A DNA stretch of 64,000 nucleotides. It comes from Myxococcota bacterium (lineage in GTDB: Bacteria > Myxococcota_A > UBA796 > UBA2385). Made by a program: the position numbers and the translations under genes. The DNA lies in the NCBI GenBank assembly GCA_044344255.1, contig JBIJDH010000009.1:32001-96000 (forward strand), in the 5' to 3' direction. The notes below the pieces were generated by a model. That model did not search any database, had not been told where the DNA came from, and saw nothing but the letters and a program-made list of their open reading frames with translations. How positions within the stretch are numbered: the stretch's first letter is position 1; every line of letters begins with the position of its first letter. This document shows positions 18,951-28,600 of this stretch, piece after piece.

Positions 18951-21542
18951 TCAGCGGGCGTCACGGCAGAGCCGGATCCCGAGGGAGTCCCGACGCCGAT
19001 TGGCGGGCTGCTCCCACCGGTTGGCGAGCTGACAGTCGCTGGCGCTGTAGATCCAGGTGCCGCCGCGCTGGGTCCGCCGATCGTCGGGTCCAGCGACCCT
19101 CCGCTCGGCGCGGCCGTCCCCGCCCACCGCCGGCCCCTCCGGACGGAAGGGGTCCAGGCACCAGTCGCTTGTGTTGCCCGCCATCCCGCGGAGCCCGAAG
19201 GGGCCCTCATCCGTCGGGAAGTCCGTGACGCTCACCAAGGTGGGGCGGCCTCGGTGGGAGGCCCGCATCGCGCAGAAGGAGGGGTCAAGGGTGCGCCCCC
19301 AAGGGTACGCCCTCCCGTCCGCGCCGCGGGCCGCGCGCTCCCACTCGAGCTCGTGGGGGAGGCGCCAGCGACCGACCTGGCCGGCGGCGAAGGCCATCGC
19401 GTCGAACCAGTCCACCATCACGACCGGCCAGTCCGGCTGCCAGAGGTCTCCGTCGCTGTCGGGCTGCAGGAAGTAGCGTCCGCTGGGGGTGCGACCGTAG
19501 ATTATCGAAGCCTCGGTCTGATCATTCGTCACATATCGAGGCGCGTGTCGCTGAGCCCGGTCCCCCTCTCCGGCCGAGACAAGGGCATTCAGCCACTCGA
19601 TGTAGTCAAGATTCGTAACCGGGAATCGCCTGAACACCATCGCATCTACCCACACCCTCTGCAGAGGCTGGGCGGCCTTCACGACCGGATCGGCGCTCCC
19701 CGCGAGGGACCAACCGGCCGGTACGTAGCGGTCGCGCGGATCCCAGCCCTCCGCCGGCGGAAGCCAGATCGGCGCAGGCTCCCGGCCCCCTGGTGGCCGA
19801 CCGTCCATGTGCTCCGTGCGCCCGATGCGGACGGGATACCCGACGGGGATCCTCCCCGGAGCACGGAGGAGGAGGTGGTAAGACCCCATCGGGAGGGGCA
19901 CAGAGATGAGCGGCGTGTGCCCGAGCCGGCGGAGCGGGCGGGTGACGAGGCGCCGATCCACCTCCTCGTAGACCTCCAGCCAGACCTCGGCTCCCGGCGG
20001 GTCGGTGAGCAGGGTGAGGGCCCCTCCACCGTCGATCCAGCGGGCGTGCGTGCCGTCGTCGTGGCGCCGCAGCCGCGCCAGGGCCTCGGCCACCGCCGAG
20101 CGGTCGCCGCGGGCCTCGGCCTCCTCGTGGCGCGCGCGGTAGTGGGCGGCGAGCGCGGCGTGGGCCTCCGAATGTTCCGGATCTCGCTCCAAGGCCGCGT
20201 ACAGCGCCTCGCGCCAGGCCGCCTCTGCGGTCCGCGCCTCGTCTTCGAGTGCGGCGGCGCGATCCTCCAGGGTCCAAGCCCTTCGTCGCTCCGGCCCGCC
20301 GGCCTCCGGCCGCCCCTCCCAGATCGCGGCGGCCTCCGAGCGAAGCCCGCAGGCGGCAGCGCGGAGGGACTCGGCGCGGGCCCGCTCGCCCTCCGCCTGA
20401 CAGACGAGGACCTTCGCCTGCTCTCGACGGCGGGCGCCCGCGAGCCAGGCCGTGAGGCCAGTGACGAGGAGGCCGGCGTGCGGCAGTCGCTCGCTGGGCG
20501 CTTCGATCATCGCGGCCTCGACCAGCTCGGCCAGCTCCGCCGGCCAACGAGAGTCATCGGCGCCGATCCGCCCCCGCAGCACCTCGGCCAGGATGCAGCC
20601 GAGGGCGAAGACGTCAGAGGGGGGGCCGATCAGATCAATCGCACCCCGCCGCTGTTCAGGCGACATGTAGCCAGGAGATCCCACCACGTCGCCCATCCGG
20701 GTGCTGCCCTCCGGCGACGGCGCCGCGGCGGAAGCCGGGGCGAAGGCAGCCGGGAGATCGGTCGTGGGCAGGTCGGTCGTGGGCAGGTCGGTCGTGGGCA
20801 GGTCGGTCGTGACCGGCAGGCTCGATTCGAGGCGCTCCACCGCCGCCGGAGGTGCGCCCGTCTCCGCCCGAGGCGAGCCCAACCGGCGCCCGGCCGGGCC
20901 CACGACCCGCGAGATGCCCCAGTCCATCACCAACACCTCGCCGAACTCGCCGATCATGATGTTGGCCGGCTTGAGATCCCGGTGGATCACGCCGCGATCG
21001 TGCGCATAGGCGACTGCCTCACAGACCCGGAGCAGCACCTCGACGAGGCGCCGCAGCTCCACGGGATCCTCGCCCGACCCGACGCTCCGGCCGAGCGCCT
21101 CCTGCAGCGTCTGCCCGATGACCTCCTTCATCGTGAAGTAGGGCCGGCCGTCGGCGAGCACCCCGCGATCGTAGATCGGCACGATGCCGGGGTGCTGCAG
21201 GCCGGCGCAGATGCGCGCCTCGGCGAGGAAGCGCGCCAGGACGCCCGACCGCGGCGAGAGGTCAGCGCGCACCACCTTCATCGCCACGTCGCGGTCCAGC
21301 AGCCGGTCATGAACCCGAAGGACCTCGCCCATCCCGCCGATGCCAAGGCGCCCCTCGATCTGGTAGCGCCCCCCCTCAGGGGCACCCGCCCGCTCCCCAC
21401 CGATGGGCGACGGCGGCCGCAGCGGCGGCTCGGTCCGAGCGGGGGGCGCCAGCGGCGCGGCGCTGCGGCGCGACGGAGCGGCGGTGAACTTCGATCGTGG
21501 CCCCATCGGGCGGAGGGTAGGTCTCTTCCGAAGCCCGCGCAA
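18951..21542 (-). CDS. Ser/Thr kinase-PEGA-like-FGE-sulfatase (SUMF1) fusion
   Basis: LGIGGMGEV, HRDLKPAN, DWG, GSPGYMSPE; LTLLTDPPGAEV; FPVTN, RLPHELEWERAARG, GMAGNTSDW, RGGTW, LGIRLC. Start uncertain. Confidence 0.9.
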   Translation of the reverse strand: MRGLRKRPTLRPMGPRSKFTAAPSRRSAAPLAPPARTEPPLRPPSPIGGERAGAPEGGRYQIEGRLGIGGMGEVLRVHDRLLDRDVAMKVVRADLSPRSGVLARFLAEARICAGLQHPGIVPIYDRGVLADGRPYFTMKEVIGQTLQEALGRSVGSGEDPVELRRLVEVLLRVCEAVAYAHDRGVIHRDLKPANIMIGEFGEVLVMDWGISRVVGPAGRRLGSPRAETGAPPAAVERLESSLPVTTDLPTTDLPTTDLPTTDLPAAFAPASAAAPSPEGSTRMGDVVGSPGYMSPEQRRGAIDLIGPPSDVFALGCILAEVLRGRIGADDSRWPAELAELVEAAMIEAPSERLPHAGLLVTGLTAWLAGARRREQAKVLVCQAEGERARAESLRAAACGLRSEAAAIWEGRPEAGGPERRRAWTLEDRAAALEDEARTAEAAWREALYAALERDPEHSEAHAALAAHYRARHEEAEARGDRSAVAEALARLRRHDDGTHARWIDGGGALTLLTDPPGAEVWLEVYEEVDRRLVTRPLRRLGHTPLISVPLPMGSYHLLLRAPGRIPVGYPVRIGRTEHMDGRPPGGREPAPIWLPPAEGWDPRDRYVPAGWSLAGSADPVVKAAQPLQRVWVDAMVFRRFPVTNLDYIEWLNALVSAGEGDRAQRHAPRYVTNDQTEASIIYGRTPSGRYFLQPDSDGDLWQPDWPVVMVDWFDAMAFAAGQVGRWRLPHELEWERAARGADGRAYPWGRTLDPSFCAMRASHRGRPTLVSVTDFPTDEGPFGLRGMAGNTSDWCLDPFRPEGPAVGGDGRAERRVAGPDDRRTQRGGTWIYSASDCQLANRWEQPANRRRDSLGIRLCRDAR
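20751..20810 (-). repeat. 15-bp coding tandem repeat x4 encoding TTDLP
   Basis: Three exact GGGCAGGTCGGTCGT units plus one synonymous variant on + strand. Confidence 0.95.
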
Positions 21543-21556
21543 GGCTCAGCGCGCCT

Positions 21557-24532
21557 TCACCACGCGGCGCCGAGCACGCTCCGCAGGTCGCGACCCCACT
21601 CCACCTCGACCCGATCCCGCAGCGGCCCCGCCGCTGCCCTCAGCACCGCCATGTCCCAGCTCCGGAGGGTCCCGTCCCAGGAGCCCGAGAGGAGCGTGGC
21701 GCCGTCGGGCGAGAACTCGAGCGAATTGACCCGGCCGCTGTGGCCGATCAGGGTCGCGATGGCCTCGGGCTCCGCGAGGCTCCAGACGTGCAGGTCGCCG
21801 CTCAGGTGCCCCGACGCGAAGGTCTGACCGTCCACGCTCGCGGCCAGCTCATTGACGGGAGAGGTCACCGGCCAGGTCCGCGTCGTCTGTCCGTTCGGCC
21901 CGATGAGCTGGATCTGCACGCTGGTGCCGATCAGCGTCTGTGCGCCAACCGGGGCGACCGCCCGAGCCTCGGGGCGCGCACCCAGCCTCGTGGCCGTGGC
22001 CACCTCACCGTCTTCGATCCGCCAGACGACGTCCTCGGCGGCGATGGCGGCCGCCCGCGCGCCGGTGGGATCTCGCTCAAGGTCGGTCATGGACTCGGTC
22101 GCGAGCGTCAGGGGCTCCGCAGCGGCGCCGGGCCGGTCTCGAACCTGCATGAGGCGTGGATCATAGGAGGCGACGATCCAGCCCGCGCGCGGGAGCCCGA
22201 TCAGCCGGCGGACCTTCACGCCGGGGAGCTGGGCCTGCACCGCGCCGTCCCGGACGTCGTAGACGGGCTGGGAGTCCGTCGTGACCGTCCCGACGGCGAG
22301 CCGCTGCCCGTCGGACGAATAGGCGAGATCCTTCACCACCCCCGTCTGCGCCCGCCAGCTCTGCACCGTGGCGCCCGTGGCGCGAGACAAGACGTGCACC
22401 CAGCCGTCGCCGAGGCCCACCGCCACGTCGGCGCCGTCTGGAGAGATGGCGAGCGCGCCCACGCCCTCGGGGAAGCGGACCGACGCCGGCGCGGTGACGT
22501 CAGGGATGAGGCGATCTTCCGCGTGGTCCGACACGACGCGGAGGGTGTGATCGGCGGTCTGCCAGCGGAGGGGCCCGGGGGGACCGTGGATGCGGCCGAG
22601 CTCGGCGCCGTCTGCGAGGTTCCACACCACCACGAGGCCAGCGTCGGTCATCGCGGCGCCGCGAGTCTCGCTGATCTCCAAGCGGCGGATCGACTGCTCG
22701 GGGAGGCTGAGCGCCGGCGCCGATCCGTCGAGGGGGCGGATCTCACCGCGCAAGGTGCCCACCCAGAGCCGCCCATCCGGGCCCTCCGAGAGGCTCATCG
22801 GCGCCCCCTCCGACGGGGGGATCCGCCCGAGGAGGCGAGGCTCCGCGCCCACGCTCCCCTCACGGATCGCGCCATCGGAGCAGCCGATCACGAGGCTCCC
22901 CGACCGCCGGACGAAGACCGAGAGCCCCTTCTGGTCTTTGGCGCAGGTGTGATCGACGAGCACGGCGCCCGTCTGGATCTCCACGAGCGTCTCTCGTCCC
23001 GTCCCGAAGCCCACGAAGCGACCGGGGAAGGCCGAGTCTCCAATGCGTCGCGGAGCCAGGAAGGGCAACGCGATCCGCTCTGGCTCAGCCGGCGGCTCCC
23101 AGCGCCAGGCGGCTCGCTCCCGATCGAAGAGCACGATGCGACCCGCGCCATCGAAGCCCGCGGTGTCGAAGTCACCCGCCGCGAAGGCGCGCAGTTCGTC
23201 TGGCGCGAAGAGGTCACGGACCTCCACACCATCGGGCCGGAGGCAGAAATAAACAGTGGCATCGGGCGAAAGATCGCTGTTCGGGCAGCCCTCCAAGCGG
23301 GGGCCGCGCCGGAGCAGCCGGAAGTGCGGCAGGAGGGACTGTCGCGCGAGGATGCCGCGGGCGATCGGGCTCGGCCCGTGGACGATCGCGTTCGCGGCCA
23401 GGATCTCGGCCTCCATCTCCCGACCGGCCCGGGCGGCCGAGAGGGCCTGGGCGGCCAGCGCGGCCCCGAGCGAGCTCTCCGCCTCCGCCTGCGCGGCGAT
23501 GGCCAGCCCCTCGGAGCGACGGGCCCGGCCCTGCTCCGCCACCGAACGCGACCAGCCCCAGGACACCGCGAGCGCCAGCGCGACCGAGGCGACGGCGCCG
23601 ACGCTCAACGGGAGCCGGAAGGTGTGGGTGGCCCGCCGCAAGAGCTCACGCGTGGAGTAGGCGTAGGCCGCGACCCGGCGGCCCTCAAACCAGGCGCGCA
23701 GATCATCGGCGAAGGCCCGCGCCGAGGGGTACCGGTCTGCGAGCTCCGGCGCGAGGGCCCGGTGGGCGATGGCGGCCAGCTCGGGCGGCACCCCCGGCGC
23801 GACCTCTCGGAGCGGAGGCACCGGACCGACGGCGGGGGGGGCACGGCCCGAGAGCAGCGTGAAGAGCACGGCTCCGAGCCCATAGACGTCGGCTCGGGTG
23901 TCGATGGGGCCCGGTCGGCCCTGCTCCGGGCTCATGTAGCCCGGGGTGCCCGCGAGGCTGGCGCCGGCCGCCTCCTCGAGGGTGCAGGCCAGCCCCCAGT
24001 CCGCGACCACGGTCTCCCCTTCGGGGCCGACCATGATGTTGCTCGGCTTGATGTCCCGGTGGAGGACCCCGCGGGCGTGGGCGTGGGCGATGCCCTCCGC
24101 GGCCTCCAGCACATGCCGGACGAGCCGAAGCTGCTCGGGGCCGGAGGGTGAGGTGGCGATGGAGTCGGCCAGGGAGCGACCGGGGAGCCGCCGCATCGCG
24201 TACCAAGGCCGCCCGGACTCGTCGAAGCCCGCGGCGTAGACCGGCACGATGTTGGGGTGCTCGAGCCGGGCCGTGAGCGCCGCCTCTCGGGTGAGGCGCT
24301 GCGCCGCTCGCGGATCGCCGGGGTGGGCGGTCTTGAGCGCCACATCCCGGCCGAGGCGTCGATCATGGGCGACCCGCACCTCGCCCATGCCGCCGCGGCC
24401 GAGCAGCCCCCCCACCTCGAAGGTGGGCCCTGGAGCCCCCTCCGGCGACGGGGTCTCGCCGGTGAAGCCCGCGCCGCTCAACGGAGGCGGCGTGGAGCCG
24501 AAGCTGCCGCTGCGGAGGGATCGCCGGCTCAC
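21557..24532 (-). CDS. Ser/Thr kinase with TM segment and WD40 repeats
   Basis: LGRGGMGEV, HRDIKPSN, DWG, GTPGYMSPE; TM; GHSGRVNSLEFSPDGATLLSGSWDGTLRSWD. Confidence 0.92.
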   Translation of the reverse strand: MSRRSLRSGSFGSTPPPLSGAGFTGETPSPEGAPGPTFEVGGLLGRGGMGEVRVAHDRRLGRDVALKTAHPGDPRAAQRLTREAALTARLEHPNIVPVYAAGFDESGRPWYAMRRLPGRSLADSIATSPSGPEQLRLVRHVLEAAEGIAHAHARGVLHRDIKPSNIMVGPEGETVVADWGLACTLEEAAGASLAGTPGYMSPEQGRPGPIDTRADVYGLGAVLFTLLSGRAPPAVGPVPPLREVAPGVPPELAAIAHRALAPELADRYPSARAFADDLRAWFEGRRVAAYAYSTRELLRRATHTFRLPLSVGAVASVALALAVSWGWSRSVAEQGRARRSEGLAIAAQAEAESSLGAALAAQALSAARAGREMEAEILAANAIVHGPSPIARGILARQSLLPHFRLLRRGPRLEGCPNSDLSPDATVYFCLRPDGVEVRDLFAPDELRAFAAGDFDTAGFDGAGRIVLFDRERAAWRWEPPAEPERIALPFLAPRRIGDSAFPGRFVGFGTGRETLVEIQTGAVLVDHTCAKDQKGLSVFVRRSGSLVIGCSDGAIREGSVGAEPRLLGRIPPSEGAPMSLSEGPDGRLWVGTLRGEIRPLDGSAPALSLPEQSIRRLEISETRGAAMTDAGLVVVWNLADGAELGRIHGPPGPLRWQTADHTLRVVSDHAEDRLIPDVTAPASVRFPEGVGALAISPDGADVAVGLGDGWVHVLSRATGATVQSWRAQTGVVKDLAYSSDGQRLAVGTVTTDSQPVYDVRDGAVQAQLPGVKVRRLIGLPRAGWIVASYDPRLMQVRDRPGAAAEPLTLATESMTDLERDPTGARAAAIAAEDVVWRIEDGEVATATRLGARPEARAVAPVGAQTLIGTSVQIQLIGPNGQTTRTWPVTSPVNELAASVDGQTFASGHLSGDLHVWSLAEPEAIATLIGHSGRVNSLEFSPDGATLLSGSWDGTLRSWDMAVLRAAAGPLRDRVEVEWGRDLRSVLGAAW

Positions 24533-25428
24533 GTGCGATCTTCAACCCGGTCGTGGGGGTAGAGGAAGAGCTCGACCGTGCCGCTGCCGTCCGCCCGCAC
24601 GAGGTCCGCGCGGAGACCGGCGGCCCGAAAGCGCCGACGGAGTCGGGACAGCAGCGTGTCGAGGCGGTTGCGGCGGAGGAAGGCGTCGTCGCCGTCCGGC
24701 CAGAGCTCCTCGGCCAGCACGGACCAGGAGACGGGCCCGTCGATGGCCACGAGCTCGGAGACGAGGCGCGCCTGCAGCCCCCCGAGGGTGACCGGCACCC
24801 CCCCTTCCCGGTGGATGTGAACGGTGTCGAAGGCGGCCACGATGTGCACGGGAGCGTCAAGCTCGCCTTGCCGCCGGGTGGCGCTGTGCCCTGCATCATG
24901 GAGCGGGATCTCGACGAGGCGGAGCGGCTCTCCCCCGACGAGCACGACCTCCCCGGCCTGCAGCGGGGCGGCGGCCTCTCCGGGCTTTCGCGCCATCCAG
25001 CGCTCGCCGGTGGTCCATATGTGCAATCGCGCGCCCTCCTGCCAGCCCGCGGAGAGCCGGACGTGGGGGTCTGCCAGCACCGAGCAGACACCGGGGAGCG
25101 CCTGACGCGGCAGCGTGGGCCCTTCGACCCCGAGGACGTGATCCGGTAGGGAAACCTCGAGCACCTCGAGCTCCACCCCGCGGGCGAGCTGCACCCGAAG
25201 GCCCGGCCGGATCGCGACGTTGGCCTGCGGCTGCCCCTCCACCGCGAGGCGCCCGCGGAGCGCGATGAGCTGGAGCTGCCCCTCCCGGAGGCTGAGCATG
25301 GCGTGGGCCTCACTGACCCGCCCGTCATCGAGCTGCAGCGCCGCCGACCAGACCCGCCCGACGATGTCGCCGTGGACGAGCTCGTGAACGTGGCCTTCCG
25401 GATCTCGAATGAGGGCGTAGGCGTGCAA
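24529..25428 (-). CDS. FHA domain + OmpR-type winged-helix regulator
   Basis: TTG at 25428 after GGAG; FHA motifs IVGR...VSEAHA; C-terminal LAEELWPD...LDTLLSRLRRRF. Confidence 0.75.
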   Translation of the reverse strand: MHAYALIRDPEGHVHELVHGDIVGRVWSAALQLDDGRVSEAHAMLSLREGQLQLIALRGRLAVEGQPQANVAIRPGLRVQLARGVELEVLEVSLPDHVLGVEGPTLPRQALPGVCSVLADPHVRLSAGWQEGARLHIWTTGERWMARKPGEAAAPLQAGEVVLVGGEPLRLVEIPLHDAGHSATRRQGELDAPVHIVAAFDTVHIHREGGVPVTLGGLQARLVSELVAIDGPVSWSVLAEELWPDGDDAFLRRNRLDTLLSRLRRRFRAAGLRADLVRADGSGTVELFLYPHDRVEDRT

Positions 25429-25621
25429 ACCGGCTCCGGGGACTGCTGAGGTGACGGAAGCGGGGCGGAGGGCAGGCGAGGGGAGCCGCGCCCGTCGGGT
25501 GGAGTATCGCCCAGCGGGGCCGCCCGCGCCGAAGACACCCCCGGGTCCGGCCCCCTCGTCGTGAGCTTGAACCGAACCCTCCGACGGCTTAGACGAAGAT
25601 ACCGCCGTTTGGAGGGGATCG

Positions 25622-28600
25622 ATGTCCGCCGGGAAGCCTGATGGAAAGTCTGCTGGAGCCCGCACTACAAGTTCGGCCCAGAGCGCCGACGCTTCGGCGA
25701 CCCACCCCATCCCCCGGTGGCGCGAGCTGCCGCGGCCGGTCGAGCTCGAGGAGGAGGTCCTCCGCTTCTGGAAGGAGGAGCACATCTTCGAGAAGAGCCT
25801 CGAGGCCTCTCGCGGGCGGCCCAGCTTCGTCTTCTACGAGGGGCCCCCCACCGCCAACGGCACCCCGCACAACGGGCACGTCCTGACCCGGGTGATGAAG
25901 GACCTCTTCCCCCGCTACAAGTCGATGCGCGGCTTCCACGTCGAGCGCATGGCCGGCTGGGACACGCACGGCCTGCCCGTCGAGGTGGAGGTCGAGAAGG
26001 AGCTCGGGATGCGGGGCGGGGCCGGCACCGCCTACCGAAACGCCCGCGAGGCCGTGCTGGCTTACGGCCTGGACTCCTTCTCGCAGCGCTGCATTGAGTC
26101 GGTCTTCCGGTACACCCAAGAGTGGGAGACGCTCACCGATCGGATCGGCTTCTGGATCGATCTGAACGAAGCCTACGTCACTTACCACCGTGAGTACGTC
26201 GAGAGCGTGTGGTGGGCCTTGGCCGAGCTCCACAAGAAGGGGCTGCTCTACCAGGGCTACAAGGTGGTGTGGTGGTGGCCCGAGGGCGGCACCGCCCTCT
26301 CGAGCGGCGAGGTGGGTGACGGTTACCGGGACGTAGACGATCCCAGCGTCACCGTTCGTTTCCCCGTCGTCGGTGAGCCGGGGGTGAGCCTGCTCGCCTG
26401 GACCACCACGCCCTGGACGCTGCCCTCCAACGTCGCCTTGGCCGTCGGCCCCGACCTCGACTACGCCTACGTCCGCGTCGGTGAAGAGACGGTCATCGTC
26501 GCCCACGCGCTCAAGCCCGAGGGCGAGGTGCAGAAAGTGGTGAAGGGCGCGGAGCTGATCGGCCTCCGCTATGAGCCCCCCTACCGGATGGGCGATCCCG
26601 GCGGGAAGCACTGGCAGGTGGTGGGCGCCGACCATGTCCGCACCGACTCCGGCACCGGCATCGTCCACACCGCTCCCGCCTACGGCGAGGATGACTTCCA
26701 GCTCGCCAAGGCCGAGGGGCTCGGCCTCCTCGCCCTGGTCGGCCCCGATGGCCGCTTCGTCGAAGCCGCCCCCGAGTGGCTCCGCGGCGTCCACTTCAAG
26801 GCCGCCGACAAGCCGATCATGGCCGAGCTCAAGGGCCGCGGCCTGCTGTACTTCCAAGGCATGGTCCGACACTCGTACCCGTTCTCGCCGCGCTCCAGCG
26901 ATGACCCGCTGATGCAGTTCGCCCGCCCGGGCTGGTTCATCCGCACCAGCACCTCGAAGGAGCGGGCCCTCGAGAACAACGCGACGGTGAACTGGCTCCC
27001 CGAGCACATCCAGGACGGCCGCTTTGGCGACTTCCTGAGGAACAACGTAGACTGGGCGCTTTCGCGGGAGCGCTTCTGGGGCACCCCGCTCCCGGTCTGG
27101 GTCTGCCCGGCCTGCGGCGCCCAGGAGGCCTTTGACAGCGTCTCCGCCCTCGAGCGTCGCGGCGCCAGCGGATTCGATACGAACGTGGACCGGCACCTTC
27201 AGGTTCACAAGCCCTGGATTGACCGTGTGACGGTACCTTGCGCCGGCTGTGACGGCACGATGAGCCGTGTCACGGAGGTGATCGACTGTTGGTTTGACTC
27301 CGGCTGCATGCCCTTCGCGCAGTTCGGCTGGCCGCACCACAACCACGAGCGCTTCAAGGCGGCCTTCCCCGCCGACTTCATCAGCGAGGCCATCGACCAG
27401 ACCCGCGGCTGGTTCTACTCCCTGATGATGATCTCGACGCTGCTCTTCGACGACGAGACCTGCGAACGCTTTGGCCTCCCGGCCGCCGGATACCCGCGCC
27501 CCTTCAAGAACTGCATCGTGCTTGGTCACGTCTGCGACATGGAGGGCAAGAAGGAGTCGAAGTCCTCGGGCAATTACACGAGCCCCGACATCGTGCTCCG
27601 CGGCCGGATGAAGATGCGCGTCGTCGCCGACGCGTCCTTGCAGCGCGGGCAGGTCGGGATGGTCAAGGCCGCGGTGCGCAGCATCGACCTCTCCAAGGAC
27701 GAGCGGATGTCGCTCTGCCACGAGGAATTCGGCGCGCGCACGCTCCCCGTCTCGCTGGTCGCCGGCCCGTCCCGCGGCAAGGAGACCGTCGCGCTCCACC
27801 CGAGCGACATGGCGGAGCTCGGCATCACCACGCACTGCTGGCTGATCGCCCCCTTCGATCCGCCCGGGGCCGACGCCTTCCGCTGGCTGTTCTACGCGAG
27901 CAACCCGCCCTGGACGAACACCCGGATCTCGCTGCGCGGCATCCGCGAAGGCCAGAGGGAATTTCATCTCCGGCTGGCCAACGTCTTCCAGTTCTTCACG
28001 ATCTACGCCACGATCAGCCGCTTCGATCCCGAGAACGACACCGTCGCCCTCGACCAGAACGTGCTCGATCGCTGGGTGCTCGGCGAGCTCAACCAGCTCG
28101 TGTCCACGGTGTCCTTGGAGCTCGATCGATACCGCACCTACGAGGCCGCTCGTGCCATCGCCGGCTTCGTCGACGGCCTGTCGAACTGGTACGTTCGTCG
28201 TTCGCGCTCGCGGTTCTGGGGAGACGGGCCCGACACCCGCGCCGCCCTCTGGACGCTCCACGAGGTGCTCTCGACCCTCTCCCGCCTCATCGCGCCCTTC
28301 GTGCCCTTCATGGCCGAGGCGATGTACCAGCGCCTCGGGCTGCCCGCCGAGAGCGTCCACATGACCCAGTGGCCGAGCCTCCGCGGCGTCCCGCTGCCGG
28401 AGGGGGGCGAGGCCCTCGCCGCGGACATGGCGCTCATCCGTGAGCTCGCCAGCCTCGGCCTCGCCGCCCGCTCGAAGGTGGGGGTTCGGGTGCGCCAGCC
28501 GCTTCAGGCCGCCGAGATCATCCTCCCCGACCCCAACCGCGGGGAGCGCCTCCAGCCCCTGCTCGGCCTCCTCAAGGACGAGCTCAACGTTCGGTTCATC

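Noticed and set aside
18951..19200. Diversity-generating retroelement targeting the FGE-sulfatase C-termini (also 39290-39500)
   Set aside because: No reverse transcriptase and no near-identical template repeat differing at adenines was seen in the window; a remote DGR cannot be excluded.
17757..21827. Very long ORF-track entries (1356 aa here; also 121..2106, 21740..24151, 25589..29269, the 5' parts of 32443..34380 and 61033..63459)
   Set aside because: Antisense shadows of well-supported genes; stop codons are rare in off-frames of high-GC DNA and no motifs are recognisable.
27599..27865. Intein in ileS
   Set aside because: Insert lacks N-terminal Cys/Ser and C-terminal His-Asn splice motifs and is short even for a mini-intein.
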